A stretch of DNA of 64,000 nucleotides from Chloroflexota bacterium (GTDB lineage Bacteria > Chloroflexota > UBA11872), in assembly GCA_034422315.1 (NCBI GenBank), contig DAOUJT010000039.1:1488-65487 (forward strand), read 5' to 3'. Below the pieces are notes generated by a model that saw only the letters and a program-made list of their open reading frames with translations, had not been told where the DNA came from and ran no database searches. Numbering within the stretch: position 1 is the first letter of the stretch; every line of letters begins with the position of its first letter. Shown piece after piece: positions 28,876-37,499 of this stretch. A program made the translations under genes and the position numbers.

Positions 28876-29539
28876 ACGGACCCCGATAGCTCGGCGGCAG
28901 ATTCGCGGCAATTGCCTGCATGATGGCGTTGCCCGCCGCCTGCAACTCGTCCTCGGGAATACGTCCCGGCCGACGTCCCAGGTCCAGCGGTTCGCCAACC
29001 CTGAGGTTCACCGGCATTCGGCCCTTCGTGAGCCGCCGCCGCCAGGAGAACGCTTCGGTGCCCCAGATCGACACCGGAACCACTGGTGTGCCCAGCTTCA
29101 TGGCCGCGTACGCCGCCCCCGGTTGCGGCCGGCGCAACTTTGCATCCCGGCTGCGCGTGCCCTCCGGATACATCATCATGGCTTTGCCGCTGCGCAGGAT
29201 GCGCAGCATCTGCCGCACCGCCGGAAGATCCATCCCATCGCGGTTTACCGGCAGCACGCCCCACGCGCGGCACAGCCACCCTACCGTCGACGATTCCACC
29301 ACTTCCCGCTTCGCCATGAAGGTCAGGTAGCGCCGCACGTACGAGCCCGTCAGGATCGGGTCGAACTGCGTGAAGTGGTTCGACGCCACGATGATGGCGC
29401 CCTCCTCGGGTACCCGCTCAACCCCCTCCACGCGCACCCGAAACAGGAACGGAAACACCACAAAGCGGCCCAGCAGTTGCCAGAAGGCGTAGATCGTCCT
29501 GATGATCCACGGCGGTTCCCAGCTTGAGTCCCGGCGCAT
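28868..29539 (-). CDS. plsC: 1-acyl-sn-glycerol-3-phosphate acyltransferase
   Basis: NHFTQFD (HX4D), FMAKRE, YPEGTRS. Confidence 0.93.
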   Translation of the reverse strand: MRRDSSWEPPWIIRTIYAFWQLLGRFVVFPFLFRVRVEGVERVPEEGAIIVASNHFTQFDPILTGSYVRRYLTFMAKREVVESSTVGWLCRAWGVLPVNRDGMDLPAVRQMLRILRSGKAMMMYPEGTRSRDAKLRRPQPGAAYAAMKLGTPVVPVSIWGTEAFSWRRRLTKGRMPVNLRVGEPLDLGRRPGRIPEDELQAAGNAIMQAIAANLPPSYRGPYG

Positions 29540-29540
29540 T

Positions 29541-30233
29541 TCAGTGACGGCCGTCCAGGCCGCGCTCGCGCAGGAGCGTCTCGATCTGCGTCACGACCTC
29601 CGCCGGGCTGCTGTCCGCGGAATCAATCCACACCGCGTCGGCGGCTGCCGTCAGCGGCGCGTCCGCACGCGTACTGTCGATCCGGTCCCGCGTTTCCAGT
29701 AGATCTCGCACGCTCGCAAGGTCGATATTCTCCCCGTCCGCCCGCCGCTGCTCCCACTTGCGGAGGGCGCGAGTTTCCAGCGGCGCGTCCAGGTACACCT
29801 TCAACTCGGCCTCCGGCCAAACAACCGTGCCAATGTCGCGCCCCAGGGCAACCACGGCGCCTTGCCCAATCACCAGGCGCTGCTCGCCCAGCAACCGAGC
29901 GCGGACTTCCGGCAGCCGCGATACTTCCGAGACAACGGCCTCCACCCTCGCGCTGTACACGCCCTCGGTCACGTCTTCGCCCTCGGACAGCACCCGCGTG
30001 CGATAGGCGCCGTCGGCCTCCGGACGGAATGCCAGGTTCAGATTCGCAATCGCCGCCAGCACCTCGTTGGCGTCTTCCGGGTCTGCGCCCGCTCGCAGCG
30101 CCGCCAGCGCCGCCGCGCGGTAGAACAGCCCGCTATCCACGCACACATACCCGCATCGCTCGGCCAGTAACTGTCCGACGGTGCTTTTCCCCGACCCCAC
30201 GGGTCCATCGATCGTGATGACCGGCGCTGACAT
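29541..30233 (-). CDS. cmk: Cytidylate kinase
   Basis: ITIDGPVGSGKST, DSGLFYRA, GRDIGT, RDRIDSTR. Confidence 0.96.
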   Translation of the reverse strand: MSAPVITIDGPVGSGKSTVGQLLAERCGYVCVDSGLFYRAAALAALRAGADPEDANEVLAAIANLNLAFRPEADGAYRTRVLSEGEDVTEGVYSARVEAVVSEVSRLPEVRARLLGEQRLVIGQGAVVALGRDIGTVVWPEAELKVYLDAPLETRALRKWEQRRADGENIDLASVRDLLETRDRIDSTRADAPLTAAADAVWIDSADSSPAEVVTQIETLLRERGLDGRH

Positions 30234-30280
30234 CAGGCGCACCAAACCCACAGACACCTTCGGGGACGGTCGCCCAGTAT

Positions 30281-30480
30281 AAAAAAAAGCCCACACCCCG
30301 CCCTCGCCGCTCGCATTCGCCGGGGGCCAGGTTCAGACCGATCAGCGGCGCTCGTGGCAGCGTTCGCCCTGAGCGCATCCCGTCACCGGGAAATCCGGTC
30401 AGTCGCCAGCTCAACCTTGCGATCCCAAGACCCCGGGCTCGCAGTCCTCTTGCGGCACGCCGCAGTCGGTCGTGGGTCAC
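30281..30480 (-). ncRNA. Rod-shaped ncRNA of about 190 nt, probably 6S (SsrS)-like, ending in a U8 tract
   Basis: Six nested complementary segments found by eye (CCCAC/GTGGG, GCCGC/GCGGC, GCCCGGGGTC/GGCCCCCGGC, GATC/GATC, TGGCG/CGCTGCCA, ACCGG-ATTTC-CCGGT). CTGAACC lies at a position similar to CUUGAACC of E. coli 6S. Confidence 0.55.
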
Positions 30481-30588
30481 CCTGATTTGCGAGGGGCGCG
30501 CAGCGGCAGCGCAACCGGCCGTCGTGGGGATCGGATAGGCCTGAGAATGGGTGGACGGGGGCAGAAATCGGTGGGGGGTGAAGGGGGG

Positions 30589-30644
30589 AGCGCTCTCTCG
30601 CCAGCCCGAACCCCTATGGGGGGTTCGGGCTGGCGAGAGAGCGC
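30589..30644. repeat. Perfect 26-bp inverted repeat (hairpin family copy B)
   Basis: AGCGCTCTCTCGCCAGCCCGAACCCC-TATG-GGGGTTCGGGCTGGCGAGAGAGCGCT; flanks GGGTGAAGGGGGG and GGCGGATTTTT. Confidence 0.95.
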
Positions 30645-30875
30645 TTAGGCGGATTTTTTGGCGGGGCTGCGACGAAGGTTGGGGCTGCGAGGGGACGGCA
30701 GGACGGCCCCAGCGACGCTGGGGGCGCGGACGTGGCGAGGGGGTGGGGCGGAGGCGTCTCGATCGGCCTCTACGCAAGGCGAAGAACGAGCGGGGACGCT
30801 CGGTGACGGAAGGGGCGAGCAGGCGGAGGAGGCGGGCGAGCATGGAGGTTTCGGGGGATGGGATAGAGTGCTTCC

Positions 30876-30904
30876 ATTGTATACGAGATGATTACAAAAG
30901 GCAA
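30876..30904 (-). promoter_or_regulatory. sigma70-type promoter in composite element copy B
   Basis: TTGCCT-17 bp-TACAAT on the minus strand. Confidence 0.65.
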
Positions 30905-31019
30905 GGATGATAGGGGTGGGAAGAAAGGGAAAGGGCAGAGGAGTGAGAAAGGAGCCGGAGAAGAAAGGGAGCGTGGAGGGAGAGGTTCGGAAGAGGCGGG
31001 GGCGGGCGGAACCTGGGAT

Positions 31020-31112
31020 GTGTTCACCCGGTCGGGGCAAGGTGTCCAGTTTCGGGGCCAATGTGTCCCGTTTTTTGCCGAATGTGTCCACTTTGGTGGG
31101 GCATGTGTCCAG
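31020..31112 (-). repeat. Five GGACACAT-type cores at 21-22 bp period (same family as 3029-3163, inverted)
   Basis: Plus-strand GTGTTC/GTGTCC at 31020, 31042, 31063, 31084, 31105. Confidence 0.93.
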
Positions 31113-31204
31113 TTTCTTAGCGGCGAGCGCGCCCTCGGTTCGGGGGTGTCGGTACGGGACGGTGGGGCCGGGGACCGGGCACGGAAGGAAGTCGAGATCC
31201 CCTC

Positions 31205-31347
31205 CTTCGGCAAGCTCAGGACAGGCCACTTCGACAAGCTCAGGACAGGCCACTTCGACAAGCTCAGGACAGGCCGCTTCGACAAGCTCAGGACAGGCCG
31301 CTTCGACAAGCTCAGGACAGGCCGCTTCGACAGGCTCAGGGCAGGCT
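31205..31347. repeat. Six tandem 24-bp REP-like units CTTCGACAAGCTCAGGACAGGCC(A/G)
   Basis: Direct inspection; units start at 31205, 31229, 31253, 31277, 31301, 31325. Confidence 0.95.
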
Positions 31348-31415
31348 CTCGGCGGCTCTCGGGATGCCAGAGCGGGCGTGCGGGGCGGGGGGGAGGCGCC
31401 GCCGGGGAAGGCGGG

Positions 31416-31487
31416 TGCTGGCAATGATGTCAATGACAGCAGTGCAATCAGCGCATGCGTTGCTGGCACTGCAAGCAATGCAGGCAG
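31416..31487. repeat. Eight 9-bp units TGCnnGCAn (internally palindromic)
   Basis: tgctggcaa tgatgtcaa tgacagcag tgcaatcag cgcatgcgt tgctggcac tgcaagcaa tgcaggcag. Confidence 0.8.
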
Positions 31488-31559
31488 GGATGTGGTTCGA
31501 CTCGGGTCCTCTCCTTCGGCAGAGACCTTTGCGTAACTCAAGGTTGGTTGCGCGGAAGA

Positions 31560-31610
31560 CCCCTCACCCGCCGCCGAAGACGGCGCCGGCCTCTCCCCTC
31601 GGAGAGGCAA
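31560..31610. repeat. REP-like CCCTCACCC...CCTCTCCC...GGAGAGG element
   Basis: ccctcacccgccgccgaagacggcgccggcctctcccctcggagaggc. Confidence 0.5.
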
Positions 31611-31649
31611 GAGGCTGCGGCTCCGAGGAAGAAGGGTTATGCAAAGGTC

Positions 31650-31721
31650 TCTCGGCAGGCTCAGGACAGGCCGCTTCGACAGGCTCAGGACAGGCCACTT
31701 GGACAAGCTCGGGACAGGCTC
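31650..31721. repeat. Three further tandem 24-bp REP-like units
   Basis: Same consensus as 31205-31347, more degenerate. Confidence 0.9.
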
Positions 31722-32078
31722 TCCGCGGACGCCGAGAAGACGGGCAGCCAGGGGCGTTGGGTGTCGGGGGCGCGGCTCGTCGTTGGAGGGTTGGGGCGTA
31801 TGACCGGCGTTCGCAGGTTCCAGGCTGCGTGCAGCCCAGGCGACCGGGCGGGCCACAGGAGGGGCCGGTTTGACTGAACGCCGGAGGGCCGCGGATGACA
31901 TCGGGCGCGTGGTCGAGGCACGCAGTGACCACGGTGATCGACGTCGCGACGCGGCGGAAGGATCGTCGCAACTCAACGTGACCCACTACCCCGCGTCGTT
32001 CCCGATTGCGAACCTCGGCTCCAAGTGCAAGCATGGACGTATCGAACTGGTCCATGGGCGGTAGGGAGACCACTTGCA

Positions 32079-32447
32079 ATGGCTACTGACGCCGCCCCGC
32101 TCACCCGAGACGACCTGCGCGACGAACTACAACGCGCACTGACCCACTACGCGACGAAGGCCGATCTGGCCGAGTTGCGCGACGAACTGCGTAGCGCGAT
32201 GGCGCACTACGCGACCAAAGCCGACCTGGCTGAACTGCGAGATGAACTCCGCGTTGAATTCAATCGCACGTTGACCCACTACGCGACCAAGGCTGCCGTC
32301 GCTGACCTGCGAGCCGACGTCCAGGCGACGCGTGCCGAGTTCAAGGCCGACCTCCACAGCCAGACCCGCTGGATGGTCATCGCCGTTCTGGGATCGGTCA
32401 GCGCCGCCGCCACCGTCACCGGACTGATCGTCCGATTCTTCAGCTAG
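32079..32447 (+). CDS. CCDC90/DUF1640-like coiled-coil protein with HYATKADL repeats and a C-terminal TM anchor
   Basis: GGGAG SD; three HYATKA units (20 and 24 aa apart); TRWMVIAVLG... anchor. Confidence 0.8.
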   Translation: MATDAAPLTRDDLRDELQRALTHYATKADLAELRDELRSAMAHYATKADLAELRDELRVEFNRTLTHYATKAAVADLRADVQATRAEFKADLHSQTRWMVIAVLGSVSAAATVTGLIVRFFS

Positions 32448-32571
32448 ACGCCCGGCGGCAAGCGGCAACCGACGCAGGCTAGGTTGAAGACGCCCTGCAA
32501 ACCTGTCCGTCCGCAGACAACCCTGAAGCGACGAGCAATCATCCAGGCGTCGAATTGGTATCCGGACGGGA

Positions 32572-32799
32572 TTGGAGTTGCTTACCCTGACAGTTGACGC
32601 CGCCCGCTCACCCACGACGACCTACGCGCCGAACTGCAGCGCGTTGACGCACTATGCGACCAGAGCCGCCGTGGCCGACCTGCGCGCCAACGTTCACGCC
32701 CTGGAAGCACGCCTGATCAGATGGATACTCGGCTTGATGCTCAGCGCGACCGGCTTGGCCGTTGCAATCACGGTCGCCGTTGATCGCCTGTCGACCTAG
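32572..32799 (+). CDS. Short paralogue of 32079-32447 with two compensating frameshifts (possible pseudogene)
   Basis: DNA aligns to the first copy with a 1-bp and a 2-bp deletion, scrambling 13 codons; HYAT and the TM anchor are retained. Confidence 0.6.
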   Translation: MELLTLTVDAARSPTTTYAPNCSALTHYATRAAVADLRANVHALEARLIRWILGLMLSATGLAVAITVAVDRLST

Positions 32800-32890
32800 C
32801 CACCCCGACAGCCCACCGGCTTCGCTTGACTTTGACCGTGGCCTTCGTCGCCTACACTCAAGGCGTGTCCCGTTACTTAACTCACCACCC

Positions 32891-34519
32891 TTGACTTCCG
32901 TAACCGTCGCTGACGCCGTCGCCACCTTCCTGAGAGAGCAAGGCGTCCGCCGTGCCTATGGCGTCACCGGCGGCGAAATGCTTCCCGTGCTCGACGCCCT
33001 CCAGCGCCACGGAATCGAATTCACCCTGACCCATCACGAGGCGGCCGCCGCCTACATGGCCGACACCGAGGGCCAGCTCACCGGCCGCCCCGGAGTCTGC
33101 ATCGGCACCCTTGGGCCCGGCGCCGCCAACCTGTTCGCGGGCCTCGCCCAGGCCACCCTGGAACGTTCCCCGGTCCTTGGCATTTCGGCCGACGTAACGC
33201 CCGAGGAAGCCGCCGGTCAGCGGCACCAAGTCTTCAACATTCCCGGAGCCATGGCGCCGGCGGTCAAGTACAGCGCGCGCGTCAGCCCGCAGAATGTGGG
33301 CGCCGTGCTCCCCGCCGCCTGGTCGGCAGCCGCCAACGGCATGCCGGGTGCGGCGCACCTGTCGGTGCCGAGCTCAGTCGCCACGCTCCCAGCCGCAACA
33401 CGGCCAGACGTAGCGACCAATGCCGTTGCGGAGTCGACAGGCGTGCCGCTTGAGCTTGGCGAGGTCGAGCAGCGGCTGGCGCAAGCGACGCAACCCGTGG
33501 CGGTACTTGGCCTGGAAGCCCGAACATCCGCCGTTGCGAGGCGCTTCGCTCAGTTGGCGATCGGTTCCGACATTCCCGTCGTCACCCAGGTCAAGGCACG
33601 CGGCTGGTTCCCCGGCGACCATCGCCTCCACGCCGGCACCCTGGCTTCCTACGGCTCTCGCGGCGTGTTCGAGCTGATTCAATCCGCCGACCTGGTGCTG
33701 GGCGTCGGCATGGACGGCGTGGACCTCATCTGGCCGTGGGACGGACCCGCCGGCTTCAACCTCACCGCCTACGACCTCCGGGACGGCTCGCTGCCGCATA
33801 CCCCCATCGTTGGTGACGTGGCGGCCATGCTGGAGCACCTGGCTGCCGTCGACCGTCCCCCGAATCGCGTAAGCGGGGCTGACCGCGCGTCGCAAGCCCG
33901 CGGCGCCGCTCGAGCGGACCTTCGGGCCGGTTCCGCCGGTACCGATCACCCGGCTGACGCCCCATCCGACGGCATTGAGGTCGACCCGCTCTTTCAGGCC
34001 ATCCGAGCCGTAGCCCCCGCCGACACAGCCCTGATATCCGATGTCGGTATGCACAAGCTCTATCTCGCCCAGTATTGGGACGCGCCGGCGCCTGACACCT
34101 ATTTCGTGGCCAATGGGCTGTCGGGCATGGGCTGGGCGCTCCCCAGCGCCCTGGGTCTGAAACTCACGTGCCCCGATCCTCCCGTCTTGGCCGTTACCGG
34201 CGACGGCGGCGCGCTCATGTTCGCTGGCGAGCTCGGCACCCTGGCCCGTCTACGGCCGGCTGGCCTCGTCTACCTGGTGCTCGTTGACGCCTCGCTCGCG
34301 CTCATCCGCCTCAAGGCTGAACAGATCGAACACGACCCGATGCCCAACGACTTCGCCCCGCCCGACTTCGTCGCGCTGGCCCGCAGCTTCGGCCTCCAGG
34401 CCGAACGCGTTGATTCCCCGGCCATCGCGGCTACAGTCGTACGTGAGGGCCTATCGGCCTCGGAGCCGCTCGTTATCGAGGCGCCCATCGACTACGGCGC
34501 CTACCAGCGCATGACCTGA
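32891..34519 (+). CDS. Thiamine pyrophosphate-binding enzyme (acetolactate synthase-like)
   Basis: YGVTGG, HHEAAAAYMA catalytic Glu, GPGAAN, GMGWALP, TGDGG; TTG start inferred. Confidence 0.92.
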   Translation: MTSVTVADAVATFLREQGVRRAYGVTGGEMLPVLDALQRHGIEFTLTHHEAAAAYMADTEGQLTGRPGVCIGTLGPGAANLFAGLAQATLERSPVLGISADVTPEEAAGQRHQVFNIPGAMAPAVKYSARVSPQNVGAVLPAAWSAAANGMPGAAHLSVPSSVATLPAATRPDVATNAVAESTGVPLELGEVEQRLAQATQPVAVLGLEARTSAVARRFAQLAIGSDIPVVTQVKARGWFPGDHRLHAGTLASYGSRGVFELIQSADLVLGVGMDGVDLIWPWDGPAGFNLTAYDLRDGSLPHTPIVGDVAAMLEHLAAVDRPPNRVSGADRASQARGAARADLRAGSAGTDHPADAPSDGIEVDPLFQAIRAVAPADTALISDVGMHKLYLAQYWDAPAPDTYFVANGLSGMGWALPSALGLKLTCPDPPVLAVTGDGGALMFAGELGTLARLRPAGLVYLVLVDASLALIRLKAEQIEHDPMPNDFAPPDFVALARSFGLQAERVDSPAIAATVVREGLSASEPLVIEAPIDYGAYQRMT

Positions 34520-34548
34520 CCACGCAGCCGCATGCATCAAAAAAACTC

Positions 34549-36450
34549 GTGAGCGCCGGCCGCCAACGTCTCCGTTGCTGGCGCGGACCCCTTCGCCTGC
34601 TGACCTGCGCTGTGGCGCTGGCGCTCGCCGTGGCGCCGCCTGCCGCGTCCCTTGCCGATGTACTGCCGCTCCAGACCGGCCAGACCATTCGCATCGAAGG
34701 CCAGGGCTGGGGACACGGCGTCGGCATGTCCCAGTGGGGCGCCCGCGGACGCGCCGAGGCCGGGCAGACCGCCGACCAGATTGTTCGCGCCTACTACACC
34801 GGCATCGACATCACCGATTCTCCAACCGATCAGACCCCTATCCGCGTACTGATCGACCGCAACTATCGGCCAGCAGCGATCGACGGTTCCGCAGCCTCCT
34901 CCAACGGACTCTCAGGCGACATTGTCGGGATCGGCGGCCAGTGGGCCATTTCGGGTATCACCAACCCGCTGCCGCCCGGCGCCCGTCTGCGATTGCTCGA
35001 CCACCCGGGCATCCACCGAATCACCGTTCGCCTGATCGACGCCGCGGGCGGGCACATGCGTGACTTCGACCTCCCGGGCCAGATCGAGGTCGTTCCTCTC
35101 GAACCCCATTCCCGCCTGCTGGTGCACTACAAGTACACCACCGAAGCCGAGGGCTTGCCCGGCCAGTACTACGACGTCTACCGCGGGTCCGTACGCGTCT
35201 ATCAGGACGCCGAAGGCCTGGTGGACACCGTCAACGTGGTAACGCTCGAGGACTACCTGCTTGGCGTCGTGCCGGCCGAAATGCCGTACCACTGGCCCGC
35301 CGAGGCCCTCAAGGCCCAGGCCATGGCCGCCCGCACCTACGCGCTGATCAGCCTCGATCCGGGTAACCCGATCCTGGACGTCGTGGATACGACCCAGGAC
35401 CAGGTCTATCTCGGCGTCAACCACGAGAAGCCGGAAACCACCGCCGCCGTTCAGGCCACCGCGCGCCGCGTATTGACCCATGCCGGCCAGCCCATCATTG
35501 CGTACTTCTTTAGCGCGGCAAACGGACGGACCGAGGCCAACGAGCACGTGTTCGGCGGTCAACCGGTTCCGTACCTGCGCTCCGTCGTCGACGTTGATCC
35601 CACCGGCCGGCCCTGGGACGCCGATTCCCCGCTAAGCACCTGGTCCACCCCCGAATTCTCCGCCGGACTCTTGCAGGGCCTCTACCACGAGTCGATTGGC
35701 ACGCTTGAGTCGCTGGACTTCAGTAACCGCTCGCCAACCGGCCGCCTGATCATCGTCGGTCTCAACGGCCAGCGCGGTCGGCAAACCATCAGCGCCTGGG
35801 ACTTCGCACTGCGCTTCAATCAGCGCACCCCACGGGAAGCCGGGCTGATCTACAGCACGCGCTTCGCCGTCGTGCGCAACTACCCGCTGATTGAACGCGT
35901 CCCGCCCCTCAACCTGCCGGACGGGCAGTCCATCTATTTCGACGAGACCGGGCACAACGTGCGCCATGGCTTCCTCAAGTACTTCAACGCCCGCGGCGGT
36001 GTGGCCGCATTTGGTCTCCCGCTCACCGAGGAGGTCGTCCAGAACGGTCGCACCGTCCAATACTTCGAGCGAGCCCGCTTCGAATACCACCCCGAACTGG
36101 CCGGCACGCCCTACGAGACCCAACTCGGGCTGCTCAACGACGCCCTCACCGCCCCGCGCCGCCCATTTGCCGGCGACACCCCCTTCCCCACCGTGCCCGA
36201 CCACCGCTACTTCCCCGAAACCGGGCACAGCGTGCACTTCGGCTTCCTGCGGTTCTGGGAAACCCAGGGTGGCCTCGAGCGCTTCGGCTATCCCATTTCC
36301 CAAGAGGTCGTCGAGCACGGACGCACCGTCCAGCACTTCCAGCGTGTCCGGCTGGAATGGATACCCGACGCTCCGCCCGGCCAGCAGGTCCAGATAGCCA
36401 AAGTCGGCAGCGAATACATGCGCGCCTTCGGCCTCGCCCCGCCGATCTAG
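34549..36450 (+). CDS. SpoIID/LytB-domain exported peptidoglycan hydrolase with C-terminal YF(P/D)ETGH repeats
   Basis: Signal peptide; [40 protein letters not shown]; two ETGH/FGxPxxE/QxFER repeat blocks. Confidence 0.9.
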   Translation: MSAGRQRLRCWRGPLRLLTCAVALALAVAPPAASLADVLPLQTGQTIRIEGQGWGHGVGMSQWGARGRAEAGQTADQIVRAYYTGIDITDSPTDQTPIRVLIDRNYRPAAIDGSAASSNGLSGDIVGIGGQWAISGITNPLPPGARLRLLDHPGIHRITVRLIDAAGGHMRDFDLPGQIEVVPLEPHSRLLVHYKYTTEAEGLPGQYYDVYRGSVRVYQDAEGLVDTVNVVTLEDYLLGVVPAEMPYHWPAEALKAQAMAARTYALISLDPGNPILDVVDTTQDQVYLGVNHEKPETTAAVQATARRVLTHAGQPIIAYFFSAANGRTEANEHVFGGQPVPYLRSVVDVDPTGRPWDADSPLSTWSTPEFSAGLLQGLYHESIGTLESLDFSNRSPTGRLIIVGLNGQRGRQTISAWDFALRFNQRTPREAGLIYSTRFAVVRNYPLIERVPPLNLPDGQSIYFDETGHNVRHGFLKYFNARGGVAAFGLPLTEEVVQNGRTVQYFERARFEYHPELAGTPYETQLGLLNDALTAPRRPFAGDTPFPTVPDHRYFPETGHSVHFGFLRFWETQGGLERFGYPISQEVVEHGRTVQHFQRVRLEWIPDAPPGQQVQIAKVGSEYMRAFGLAPPI

Positions 36451-36468
36451 GGCTGAACGTCCGCCGCC

Positions 36469-36480
36469 CCTATACTCGCG
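36469..36480 (+). promoter_or_regulatory. Candidate -10 element upstream of thyX
   Basis: CCTATACTCGCG, identical to 19740-19751. Confidence 0.45.
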
Positions 36481-36508
36481 CCGCCCGCGCGTACTTCTGG
36501 ACGGCCTG

Positions 36509-37462
36509 ATGCCGCTGAGCTCTCACGAACAGCAGGAAATCGAGGACCTGCGAGCCGTCCAGACCTCCACTCGCCGCCTGACCGTCCCAGACCTCGAATC
36601 AATCCTCTACCAGGCCCTGCCTGTTCTTGATCACGGCTTCGTGCGCGTGATCGACTACATGGGCAGCGACAGCGCGGTTGTCCAGGCTGCCCGCGTCTCC
36701 TACGGCGCGGGTACCAAACGTGCCCGCCAGGACGCCGGGCTCATTCGCTACCTCATGCGCCACGCCCACAGCACGCCCTTTGAAATGTGCGAGATCAAGT
36801 ACCACGTCAAGCTCCCCATCTTCGTCGCCCGCCAGTGGATCCGGCATCGCACTGCCAGCGTCAACGAGTACTCCGCTCGCTACTCCATCCTCGACAACGA
36901 GTTCTACATCCCGGAGCCGGAACACCTGGCTGCCCAGTCCACCAGCAACCGACAGGGCCGTGGCGACGTCGTGTCCGGCGACGAGGCGGCCCGCGTATTC
37001 GATCTGCTGCGAACCGACGCCGAGCAGGCCTACGCGCACTACGAGGAGATGCTCAACGAAGACGTCCAGGGAAACGTGCTCGATGAGACTCGGCAGGGGC
37101 TGGCCCGTGAACTGGCCCGAATGAACCTGTCCCTCAGCTTCTACACCCAGTGGTACTGGAAAGTGAATCTGCACAACCTGCTGCACTTCCTCTGGCTGCG
37201 CAGCGACGCCCATGCCCAGTACGAAATCCGCGCCTATGCCACCGTCATGCTCGACACCGTCCGCCGCTGGGCGCCCCTTACCTACGCCGCCTTCATGGAC
37301 TACCGCGTCGGCGGCGCCAACCTATCCGCCAGGGGCCTTGAAGTCGTCCGCCGCCGCCTCCGCGGCGAATCCGTCACCCGCCGCGACGTGGGCATGTCCC
37401 CTGCCGAATGGCGCGAACTCGAGGCCCTGCTCGAGGCGGAGGAGCCTCCCCCAACCAGCTAG
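36509..37462 (+). CDS. thyX: FAD-dependent thymidylate synthase
   Basis: [30 protein letters not shown] (RHRX7S), HAQYEIR. Confidence 0.97.
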   Translation: MPLSSHEQQEIEDLRAVQTSTRRLTVPDLESILYQALPVLDHGFVRVIDYMGSDSAVVQAARVSYGAGTKRARQDAGLIRYLMRHAHSTPFEMCEIKYHVKLPIFVARQWIRHRTASVNEYSARYSILDNEFYIPEPEHLAAQSTSNRQGRGDVVSGDEAARVFDLLRTDAEQAYAHYEEMLNEDVQGNVLDETRQGLARELARMNLSLSFYTQWYWKVNLHNLLHFLWLRSDAHAQYEIRAYATVMLDTVRRWAPLTYAAFMDYRVGGANLSARGLEVVRRRLRGESVTRRDVGMSPAEWRELEALLEAEEPPPTS

Positions 37463-37499
37463 GTGCGCCCAGCCATGCGGCTCGCCGACCGCCTTCTGC

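Noticed and set aside
30290-30345. FMN-like (AGGGCGGGGTG) or TPP-like (GAACCTG) riboswitch upstream of cmk
   Set aside because: The remaining conserved aptamer motifs are absent, and the whole region folds as one nested rod.
3029-31112. A 28-kb transposon bounded by the inverted GGACAC arrays
   Set aside because: Cargo is core genes; no transposase, terminal TG...CA or target duplication found. Kept only as an inversion hypothesis.
31205-31347. Possible CRISPR array (also the 21-bp arrays)
   Set aside because: Units are contiguous or have 13-bp linkers, with no unique 25-45 bp spacers and no cas genes.
30645-31976. 443-aa ORF and overlapping frames with ACPELVE/LSLSK repeats
   Set aside because: Translation of REP-like and microrepeat DNA; no start context or domain.
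31870-32064. 64-aa ORF upstream of the DUF1640-like gene
   Set aside because: No SD, motif or codon support that I could see.
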